A stretch of 64,000 bases of DNA, from the NCBI GenBank assembly GCA_965228855.1, contig CBDDIJ010000003.1, forward strand, positions 3,296,001 to 3,360,000. The letters are read 5' to 3'. Below, piece by piece: positions 56,207-64,000 of the stretch. The translations under genes and the position numbers were made by a program. This DNA is from Candidatus Obscuribacterales bacterium (GTDB taxonomy: Bacteria; Cyanobacteriota; Vampirovibrionia; Obscuribacterales; Obscuribacteraceae). Positions within the stretch are counted from its first letter, which is position 1. Every line of letters starts with the position of its first letter. Under the pieces are notes generated by a model. The model did no database searches and was not told where the DNA came from. It saw nothing but the letters and a program-made list of their open reading frames with translations.

Positions 56207-59200
56207 CTACACGGGCTTCGATGTATCATCGGCGTCTTTCTGGTTCGTAATCCGGTAGAGCGTTGGCAGGACTACGAGCGTCATGGCTGTGGCGGTCAGC
56301 AGTCCACCAAACACGACGGTCGCCAGTGGTCGCTGCACTTCCGCACCGGTTCCGTGCGAAAAAATCTTGGGCAACAGACCCATCGTTGCAACCAACGCTG
56401 TCATCAAAACGGGTCGCAATCGAGTGGTGGCGCCTTGCACAATAGCCTCTCGAATCTCAACGCCTCTAGTCTGCAACTGCATTATATAACTCAGCATGAT
56501 GACGCCGTTTTGAACAGCCACTCCGAACAGCGCGATAAAACCGATGATCGCTGGAACCGATAGCGTCTGCTGAGAAACAAACAAACCCACAATGCCACCA
56601 ATTAAAGCGAACGGAACGTTCAGCATAATCAACGCCGCGTTTTTTATCGAGTTAAACGACGAAAAGAGCAGAATGAAAATCAAGCCGAGAACAATTGGAA
56701 CAACGATGGATAGCCGTTCCATCGCCTTGCGTTGATTTTCGAATTGACCGCTCCAGACAATCTTGTAACCCTTCGGAATTTTCACATTCTTTGCCACCCG
56801 CTCCTGAGCTTCAGCGACGAACGAACCCAGATCCCTATTACGAACATTCGCCAGCACTGCAGTTCTTCGCTGACCATCCTCGCGATTTATTGTCACAAGT
56901 CCACGCGACCTTACAAACTTAGATAAGTGGTCCAGCGGAATTCGAGCACCAGTTGGCGTGTCAACGGCGATCTCGGCAATGTCTTGCGGGCTATCGCGGT
57001 ACAACTTGTCGTATCGAACCAGAACGCCGAAACGTCTGTAAGCCTCGATAACTTCGGTGACGCTGTCACCCGCAAGAGCAACTCTGAGTATTCCCAGCAC
57101 ATCATCTGAGTTTAAACCGAAACGCGCGATCGCTCGCCTATCGACTTCAATCTGAAGTTCAGGCAGACCGAGCAAGTGCTCACGCTGCAGGTCAACGGCA
57201 CCGCGTACGCTGGAAATTTCACCTTGAATTTCTTCAGCCAGCTTCGCAAGCACCTTTTCGTCGTCTCCAAAGATTTTGATACCGAGGTCAGCACGAATAC
57301 CGGCAACGAGGTCGTCAATCATATCGGCAATCGGCTGAGAAAAACTGTAGGAAACACCAGGAATAGACTCGAGGCGCGCGGACATTTTGTTGATCAGTTC
57401 CTCTTTGCTGTGCGCCGTTTTCCACGTGCTGAGCGGTTTTAGTCCAATATAAAAATCAGATGCATCCACCCCATCAAGTCCCGGGCCGTTCGTCGGTCTC
57501 CCGGTCCTTGAAACTACCACCTCTACTTCCGGAAACTCCATCAAAAGCTTTTCAATAGACTCGGCATAACGCCTGGAATTTGTGTGCGAAACACTAGCAG
57601 GCATCTTCGTTCTCACAAGAATTGAGCCTTCATCTAACGTGGGTATGAACTCGGATCCTAGAAAAGGCAGCAAGCAGAAACTCGCTGCCAGACAGGCGAG
57701 GCTTGCCCCTATAACCAGTTTAGGTTTATCCAGAGCAAAATTTAAAACAGGAATATATTTGTTAGCAATCCAGACTACAGCAGGATTTTCGCGCTCTACG
57801 ATTTTCCCGCGCAATACCCAAAAGCAGAGAACCGGAATGATTGTCAGAGAGCACAGCAGCGATCCGGTTATCGCGTAGATAAACGTTAAAGCCAGAGGCT
57901 GGAACATCTTGCCTTCGATGCCTTCCAATGCGAACAACGGCAGATGAACCGCGATGATAATGCTTATTGCGAACACCACCGGCCGACCGACTTCGCGCGC
58001 GGCGTTGAGCACAACCTCAAACGTGTTGACCTTCTCAGAAGAGTGCCATGCCTTCGACAAATGGCGATAAATGTTTTCCACCATAACGACGCCGGCATCG
58101 ACAATTACGCCAAAGTCGACGGCGCCCAACGTCATCAAGTTCGCGGTCAGCCCCGTGTATTTCATTAGGATGAAACTAAACAGCAGCGAAATCGGAATTA
58201 TCACAGAGACGATTAACGCGCTCGGTATATGCAATAGAACAGCGGTCAAAATTACGATGACCAGTCCGCCGCTGAAGAACAAAATTTCTTTGACGGTCTC
58301 GATGGTCTTTTCTACTAGTTCGGTTTGGTCATAGAATGCAACTAGCTTCACCGACGGTGGCAACTCTCTCCGGATCTCCTCTACCTTTTCTTTGACGTGC
58401 TCCACAACCGCCTTTGTATTGACACCTTTGCGCGTATAGACGATCCCGATTACAGTTTCACCCCGCCCATCCTTCGACGCAGATCCGCGACGGAACGCCT
58501 CACCGATTGTCACATCGGCAACTTGGGAAACTTTTATCGGCGTACCGCTATACTCTTTTAAAACGATGTTCTTGATGTCATCGAGCGTCTTGATCCGACC
58601 GATTCCGCGTATAACGACCTCTTCACCGGCTTCCTCAATGAAATTGCCGCCGATGTTATCGTTGTTTGCGGCGACAATTCGTACGACGTCGGCAAGCTTG
58701 ATGCCAAACTTCCGCAACTGCATCGGGTGAATTACCAACTGATACTGTTTAACGAAACCGCCGAAGCTGCCGACATTGGCGACGCCGGGGACAGTTCGCA
58801 ATTTGCGGGCGATATCCCAGTCCTGGATAGTTCGCAACTCGGTGTTATTCAAATGATCCGATTCGAGCGAATACATATAAACCTGACTGAAGCTCGAAAT
58901 AACCGGTCCCAGCTCAGGCCGTCGCACCCGCTGTGGAAGGCTCGATTCAATCTGCATCAGGCGCTGCTGCACTAACTGTCGCGCAAAATAGACGTCGGTA
59001 TCGTCGTCAAAAATAGCCGTGACGACGGACAGTCCAAAACTCGAGGACGACCGAATCTGTTTTATCTTCGGGAGCCCGTTCAGAGCATTCTCGATCGGAA
59101 ATGTGATGAGCAACTCAATCTCTTCAGTTGCCATGCTTTCCGGTTCAGTGATGATTTGTACCTGAACATTACTCACATCAGGAAACGAGTCAATCGGGAT

Positions 59201-59299
59201 ATTGAGCATGCTCCAGATCCCGAACGCGACCACCCCGACCGCGACAATAAGCGTCAGCAGCCGTTGCTTCAAAGCAACGCGAATCAAATTATCGATCAT
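56207..59299 (-). CDS. czcA: CusA/CzcA-family heavy-metal RND efflux permease
   Basis: IPIDSFPDVSNVQVQI, ANLMTLGAVDFGVIVD, RLRPVLMTA, GAEVQRPLATVV. Confidence 0.93.
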   Translation of the reverse strand: MIDNLIRVALKQRLLTLIVAVGVVAFGIWSMLNIPIDSFPDVSNVQVQIITEPESMATEEIELLITFPIENALNGLPKIKQIRSSSSFGLSVVTAIFDDDTDVYFARQLVQQRLMQIESSLPQRVRRPELGPVISSFSQVYMYSLESDHLNNTELRTIQDWDIARKLRTVPGVANVGSFGGFVKQYQLVIHPMQLRKFGIKLADVVRIVAANNDNIGGNFIEEAGEEVVIRGIGRIKTLDDIKNIVLKEYSGTPIKVSQVADVTIGEAFRRGSASKDGRGETVIGIVYTRKGVNTKAVVEHVKEKVEEIRRELPPSVKLVAFYDQTELVEKTIETVKEILFFSGGLVIVILTAVLLHIPSALIVSVIIPISLLFSFILMKYTGLTANLMTLGAVDFGVIVDAGVVMVENIYRHLSKAWHSSEKVNTFEVVLNAAREVGRPVVFAISIIIAVHLPLFALEGIEGKMFQPLALTFIYAITGSLLCSLTIIPVLCFWVLRGKIVERENPAVVWIANKYIPVLNFALDKPKLVIGASLACLAASFCLLPFLGSEFIPTLDEGSILVRTKMPASVSHTNSRRYAESIEKLLMEFPEVEVVVSRTGRPTNGPGLDGVDASDFYIGLKPLSTWKTAHSKEELINKMSARLESIPGVSYSFSQPIADMIDDLVAGIRADLGIKIFGDDEKVLAKLAEEIQGEISSVRGAVDLQREHLLGLPELQIEVDRRAIARFGLNSDDVLGILRVALAGDSVTEVIEAYRRFGVLVRYDKLYRDSPQDIAEIAVDTPTGARIPLDHLSKFVRSRGLVTINREDGQRRTAVLANVRNRDLGSFVAEAQERVAKNVKIPKGYKIVWSGQFENQRKAMERLSIVVPIVLGLIFILLFSSFNSIKNAALIMLNVPFALIGGIVGLFVSQQTLSVPAIIGFIALFGVAVQNGVIMLSYIMQLQTRGVEIREAIVQGATTRLRPVLMTALVATMGLLPKIFSHGTGAEVQRPLATVVFGGLLTATAMTLVVLPTLYRITNQKDADDTSKPV

Positions 59300-59483
59300 A
59301 AAGTCTCCAAACCCAATCGAATTTGATGAGCCTAGTTTTCGCGACTAGATGAAACTCAACTCAATCCGGTCCTTTAACAACCGCATTGAAACTCAATCGG
59401 ACAAATCTAAAAACACCAGCGAATCTGCACGCAGCGATAGACGAAATCCGTTTCGCATCAGGATTCGTTGCATCGCAGATGTT

Positions 59484-59825
59484 TCAAATTAATAGAGCCC
59501 GCTTAAACAACCATAATCGGTTTTGCCGGTAAGAAATAGCCGGTGGAATATCCCAGTTTTGCCGGACTGTGACAAGGAGCGCCGGCAACAGGAAGAGCGT
59601 AAGAAAAACAATCGCTTGTAATTCCGGATTCAAGCCAAGGTCGTCTGCGCTACCGCCGGCGGTTCCTAAAAATGGATCCAGCGGTACGACATGCTCCAAA
59701 CTCATATCCTGAACATCTTCCACATCGTAGTTATGCGCGATGAACGACAGCCCACCTACCATAGACAAATACTGCACAGCAAGCAGTAAAACGGTAGTGA
59801 ATATGACTTTCGCAGACACCGACAT
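59484..59825 (-). CDS. Small two-TM hypothetical protein upstream of czcA
   Basis: 113 aa, two hydrophobic segments, ends RLWLFKRALLI. Confidence 0.55.
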   Translation of the reverse strand: MSVSAKVIFTTVLLLAVQYLSMVGGLSFIAHNYDVEDVQDMSLEHVVPLDPFLGTAGGSADDLGLNPELQAIVFLTLFLLPALLVTVRQNWDIPPAISYRQNRLWLFKRALLI

Positions 59826-60016
59826 TTAAAACACCTGTGCCAAAAATGTAGCTCCAGCGTATCATAAATTCCGAAAAAGCCAACTAATTCCTGAACCACT
59901 TCAGCATATTTGTCGGCTTCCCAGCAGTTTTGTAACTGAAGAGCCACAATTGCAAGGGCTCTGCGCGGCGCCTGATAGACTAACTCTTCAACCAGAGGCA
60001 CTTAAGGATTGTACAT

Positions 60017-60991
60017 ATGCAAAACAGAAACACGCACTTCCTGACCGTCCAGCCCGGGCGGCAAACGTTGCTATTGCCAATCCTCCTCCTTACGCTGTTT
60101 GTCGTTCAGCTCTCAATTCAAACAGCGAGCGCCGAGGAACTAAAGTTTGCCTGGCCGGTTCCGTCGCGAGTCACCGTGACGGAAGAGACGCTCAAAAAAG
60201 GCAAGACCGCGAAGATGCGATACGACATCGTTTTAAACAAGCAGTCGTCCGGTGACAACTACGAACTCAATTTCGATAAATTCGAGTTTCTGGCAATTGA
60301 AGGGACGGACCTCTCCGTTCCGGAAAATCGTGAGCAAGCAGGAGCGGTTTTGAAACAAGCAACCGCACTCGGCAGTATGTTGCCGACCCTGGTGATCACG
60401 CCTAAAGGCAATGTGGTTGATGTTATAGGAATGGAAAAATGCATAGATGCAGCCACGGCGCTGCTTTCGTCGGCGGATCCGAAGGTCATCGAGATTATCA
60501 AGTCGCCGGAGATGGTCGAGCAGATGAAGCAAAAGAGCGTCGACTTCTGGAGAGTTTGGGTGGAGACCTGGTTAACGGCGCCGGAAAGCGGCAAAGTCAA
60601 CGCCTATGAAATGGAAGTCCCGCTTATGGGGATGAAACTTCAGGCACCACTTACGGTGCGTAACGAGGGTTCGAGTAAGGAAACAGGGAGCGATGTAAAA
60701 CTGATTGCGGAGACGATTCTAGAAGGCGAAAAAGCTCGGCAAGCGCTCGCCACGATGATGCAAAACATGGTCGCAAAAATCCCGCAAAAGGAGGGCGTTA
60801 AGCCGTTCTCACCAGACATGATCAAGAGCATGAAACGGGTGACACGATTTACAGTCGTGACTAATCCGAAGACCCTGCAGCCGCGCTCTGCGAGTTCCGA
60901 CAGCTTGATTGACCTGGCCATCGAAGACAAACAACGCTCAGAAATAGAGAAGCACGATTACAGCTTCGATTGGAAATCAACGACAAACTAG
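60017..60991 (+). CDS. Secreted hypothetical protein
   Basis: Signal peptide (ASA|EE); 324 aa. Confidence 0.7.
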   Translation: MQNRNTHFLTVQPGRQTLLLPILLLTLFVVQLSIQTASAEELKFAWPVPSRVTVTEETLKKGKTAKMRYDIVLNKQSSGDNYELNFDKFEFLAIEGTDLSVPENREQAGAVLKQATALGSMLPTLVITPKGNVVDVIGMEKCIDAATALLSSADPKVIEIIKSPEMVEQMKQKSVDFWRVWVETWLTAPESGKVNAYEMEVPLMGMKLQAPLTVRNEGSSKETGSDVKLIAETILEGEKARQALATMMQNMVAKIPQKEGVKPFSPDMIKSMKRVTRFTVVTNPKTLQPRSASSDSLIDLAIEDKQRSEIEKHDYSFDWKSTTN

Positions 60992-61022
60992 GTTGTCTTT
61001 TGCGTTAAAACCAGGCACGCAC

Positions 61023-62354
61023 TCAAGAGTTTGGTGGGTTGAAAACTTTCAGCGTATTCCAGTCGTAGCGAGACTTTTTCAAGTAATCGTCGAGCGGAGT
61101 CGCCGCATCGTTAAACGCGTAGAGTTGGCCATCGTGCCCTTTTCCAATCACGGCGATATCACCATAATTTGGACAGGGTCCACGTCTGGCTTGCTCCTGC
61201 GCGTAAACTTCCGGCGTCCAATACACATGAACGACCTGTCCGACCTTGAGTTCTTTCGATTTCGAGACCGTAAAACCTTCACTCGGCAAAGTTTCTCTCA
61301 TATCATTTGCATTGCCGTAGATGATCTTTCCAGTCGCGCGTTCAATCGCATAGCTGACCCCTTTAGCGCAGTAACCGTATGTTCCAAGTTCATCGGAAAC
61401 TTGCGCAGCTTTATCAGCTAATTTTGCACCGGTTGCATTCACAGCTTCGCACGATGTGGAAACCTTTCCACTTGACGGTAAGCGCAGAGATTCCAAACTC
61501 GGATCTTTCGAATCTACCAGATGCCGCAATTTCTTGGTGTCAATCCTTCCGTTCGCACCGACAATCTTCTTATACAGCTCGGGCATGCGCTTCTTAAACG
61601 TTTCAGGGTCGGAAGCAAACCAGTCCATAAGCAAGTCAAACAGATCAACCTGAGACCAGTCGGTTTGCGGCGGTTGATAAGCACTGGTATCAGATATGGT
61701 TCGAGCGGGTTGGTAGCTGCCGGTATCAGATATGGTTCGCTCTGGTCGATAGCTGGTATCGGTTGTGGTTCGAGCAACCTGACGACCGGTATCATATACG
61801 GTTCGAACCGGCGAGTAGTTGTCGGTATCAGAAGCAGTGCGAACCGGGCCGCTCGCAAAATCCATCTCAACAATCTTCCCTAACTCTTGCGCGTATTCCA
61901 TCAGGCTTTTAAAGAGCTGAAACTGTTTATCAGCGGATATATCAGGCACGAAATCGCCTCTCTCAAGCGCAATTACAAAATCGCCTCCTTTACGGTCCAT
62001 TCTCAAAAATTGTTGAATGGTGCCGTCCGGTTTTAAAACAACATCCGCATTTGAACAATCCGCAGTCACGGTGATTGACGACGCAGCCTCAATTGCGGCT
62101 CGCATCTCCGCGTTATCGAATAATTGCATAGAGTCGCTGGGCAGTTGGAAGGGAACGTTTGCCGCAATGCGCTCACCAAATCGCAAGTCAGACACCGAAT
62201 CCATTTGAAGAATGGACATCAACGAAGATTCCTTCGCGATAGCTCCTGTCTCAAGTGAATTAATACGCTCGTAAACCATCATAAGCCCCCGTATTCGCCA
62301 ACCTGCACACAGTCTAGTTTCCAGGATGTGACAAATTCGGGTCACGTTTTGCAA
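61023..62354 (-). CDS. Hypothetical protein with internal repeats and C-terminal CHAP/NlpC-like domain
   Basis: RTxxDTxxYxP repeats; GYCAKGV...GNA...YGDIAV; start probably at 62282 or later. Confidence 0.6.
   Translation of the reverse strand: MQNVTRICHILETRLCAGWRIRGLMMVYERINSLETGAIAKESSLMSILQMDSVSDLRFGERIAANVPFQLPSDSMQLFDNAEMRAAIEAASSITVTADCSNADVVLKPDGTIQQFLRMDRKGGDFVIALERGDFVPDISADKQFQLFKSLMEYAQELGKIVEMDFASGPVRTASDTDNYSPVRTVYDTGRQVARTTTDTSYRPERTISDTGSYQPARTISDTSAYQPPQTDWSQVDLFDLLMDWFASDPETFKKRMPELYKKIVGANGRIDTKKLRHLVDSKDPSLESLRLPSSGKVSTSCEAVNATGAKLADKAAQVSDELGTYGYCAKGVSYAIERATGKIIYGNANDMRETLPSEGFTVSKSKELKVGQVVHVYWTPEVYAQEQARRGPCPNYGDIAVIGKGHDGQLYAFNDAATPLDDYLKKSRYDWNTLKVFNPPNS
61672..61844. 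repeat. Five degenerate ~33-36-bp coding tandem repeats (core ggtatcagatatggttcg)
   Basis: Visible in DNA and in protein (RTISDTGSYQP-like units). Confidence 0.8.
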
Positions 62355-62438
62355 TCGACCGACTTCATCGTGCTACCTAGTGAGCAAGTCAGGATTTGAT
62401 TCTCTGACGGTCAGTATCGCCAATTTGCTGGAGCACTT

Positions 62439-62591
62439 ATGAGCAAGAAAGACACAGACGAAGAAGTCGACTACATGCACCCGGACGGCACCAAGAAAAA
62501 GCCGCCGAAAAATCAAGAAGAGAAGAAAAACGAAGAGAAGGCAGAAGAATCGACAGAGCTTGTCGAAGAATTGCAGGAAGAACAATCCTGA
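62439..62591 (+). CDS. Small acidic/Lys-rich 50-aa protein (below the ORF-track cutoff)
   Basis: GGAG RBS; MSKKDTDEEVDYMHPDGTKKKPPKNQEEKKNEEKAEESTELVEELQEEQS. Confidence 0.5.
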   Translation: MSKKDTDEEVDYMHPDGTKKKPPKNQEEKKNEEKAEESTELVEELQEEQS

Positions 62592-62627
62592 AACCGGCAC
62601 GAACGGCACGGTTCAGTTGAACTCAGG

Positions 62628-63839
62628 CTACCAGTTGCGCATGCTCGCGGGATGACGAACCTGAGGCTTCGCGATGTTGGTTTGATAGTTAGGTCCTGGC
62701 TTGATGTGCGTGAGTTTGTACCAGCGCGCACTGGTGATCGACCCATCCTTAGCCGGTTCGAGCCTCAACAGCCAGGTGTCGAATGACTCGACGTCAACTG
62801 CGCATATCTTCTCTCTGTTTGTGATAAGCAGTATTTTGCGAAGACCGGAACCAAAATCCGGCAGCACGACATCGAATGTGTACTGCCGACCATTGACGGT
62901 CGCTTTGAAGGCGGGATTCGCATGCCCGTCCAAACCAAACGCAGCCGTCCTTCCTTCGACCGATATCGGCATCCAGTCGGTCGCAGCGGTCAGTGTATTG
63001 GAACCTATTTCAAATGTTTCCAGGCAATTCATTTCCTGAAAACACTTGGTGACGATCAATGGAATCAAGCGCCGGTCGTTGACTTCGAGCAGTGGGATAT
63101 TGCGAGTGTTGTCACGAACAGCAAGTTGCGCTTGCGGCTCGATTGCAATTTGAGACTTGACCGGATTGCGCAGGAAGTGGCTGTTTTCAATGGAACCGAC
63201 CAGATCTGCCAAACTGATACCACCGTCCAGCGGAGCATCACGATCAAGCGCACCATGCTGCCCCTGCATGTTTGGAGCCATCGGCGCGCGTTTCGCGACC
63301 TGCCCCGTGAGCGGCGGCGAAGACTTGAGACTATTAACTTTGGCTTCGGCCTTACCTTTCAGAGGATTGCTTTCGTCGAATTTCGCAAACAGCTCAAATG
63401 CCTTTTTATACATGTCCGCGGCAGCAGTCTGTTTCCGGAGATTCTCCAGACAGACGCCCTGGAAATAGTTGCACTCAGCGCGATACCCTTCGTAACCATC
63501 ACCGAGTTGCGGCGTGAGTTTCTGCAGCGCGACTAGCGCCTGTCCAAAATTCTGCATTGCGATGTTCTGCATTGCCTGTTTGTAGAGCGGCTGCTCTTGC
63601 AGAATCATCTCAGTGACTTCAGTACGCCCCTGGAGCGGCGTCCGCGGCGTGGTAGAGGAGGTGCTATCACCTTTGGGAAGTTCAAGTGCTTCAAAACCGT
63701 CTCCGCCTGCGGCAAAGGCGCCCGTCCATCCGAAAGCAAACGCCGACGATACCGCCAGGGCCAGGCGCAGGTGTTTGAAGAATGGATTTCGGTTGGGGTT
63801 TCGCATGATTATGAAATAGTGGAAGGGCTTAAGCCCCAT
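62628..63839 (-). CDS. Secreted protein with N-terminal TPR region
   Basis: Signal peptide (AFA|AGG) and TPR-like helices; true start probably near 63806. Confidence 0.7.
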   Translation of the reverse strand: MGLKPFHYFIIMRNPNRNPFFKHLRLALAVSSAFAFGWTGAFAAGGDGFEALELPKGDSTSSTTPRTPLQGRTEVTEMILQEQPLYKQAMQNIAMQNFGQALVALQKLTPQLGDGYEGYRAECNYFQGVCLENLRKQTAAADMYKKAFELFAKFDESNPLKGKAEAKVNSLKSSPPLTGQVAKRAPMAPNMQGQHGALDRDAPLDGGISLADLVGSIENSHFLRNPVKSQIAIEPQAQLAVRDNTRNIPLLEVNDRRLIPLIVTKCFQEMNCLETFEIGSNTLTAATDWMPISVEGRTAAFGLDGHANPAFKATVNGRQYTFDVVLPDFGSGLRKILLITNREKICAVDVESFDTWLLRLEPAKDGSITSARWYKLTHIKPGPNYQTNIAKPQVRHPASMRNW

Positions 63840-63927
63840 CCTATTTGATTAATCCACGAAAAGCGTCAAGATCAACGTAGTTATCGTTAGCAGGTCACAA
63901 CAGCGCGCTGCCTCGCCAACAGTACAA

Positions 63928-63950
63928 GGGGAGGGTGTGAGACCCTCCCC
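63928..63950. terminator. Intrinsic terminator-like hairpin
   Basis: GGGGAGGGT-gtgag-ACCCTCCCC, downstream of a possible minus-strand gene end (...KAIKEAK* at 63977-64000). Confidence 0.55.
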
Positions 63951-64000
63951 CCTTAGTTTTCGAACTCGAGACGCGGCTATTTAGCTTCTTTGATGGCTTT

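Noticed and set aside
61672..61844. Spaced repeats resembling a mini-CRISPR array
   Set aside because: Period is a multiple of 3, repeats are degenerate and encode peptide repeats within an ORF, spacers are too short, and no cas genes are present

Overview
Gene-dense bacterial chromosomal window with no rRNA, tRNA, CRISPR array, transposase or integrase visible. The many membrane-anchored Hanks-type kinases and TadE/TadG-like and TPR proteins suggest a non-photosynthetic Cyanobacteriota relative (Melainabacteria/Obscuribacterales-like); this is inference only. In order, the window holds: Tad-type minor pilins; a CorA-like gene, a DUF4239 gene and qNOR; an ABC-HlyD-TolC type I exporter; two convergent ArsR paralogues; and a MurF-like pseudoenzyme followed by dabB, dabA, DUF6671 and cysD. 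It also holds five Ser/Thr kinases (four in two RD/non-RD pairs), DUF389, a Na+/Ca2+ antiporter, two degenerate ATLF-like paralogues, a desaturase, ychF, an output-less bacteriophytochrome, an HI0933 flavoprotein with a decayed duplicate, a 1667-aa Gly-rich secreted protein, a TPR-lipase and an orphan CzcA. Top findings: (1) An 84-codon membrane-protein reading frame missing from the ORF track (53812-54066, minus) has an in-frame UGA followed, after 11 nt, by a perfect hairpin with a GGUC loop, the geometry of a bacterial SECIS, making it a candidate selenoprotein. Its two flanks also occur fused as an 'empty site' at 43.9 kb. (2) A repeated ATATTC-N8-RMACAT operator links the type I exporter, an ArsR gene and the DAB inorganic-carbon-pump operon into one putative regulon.
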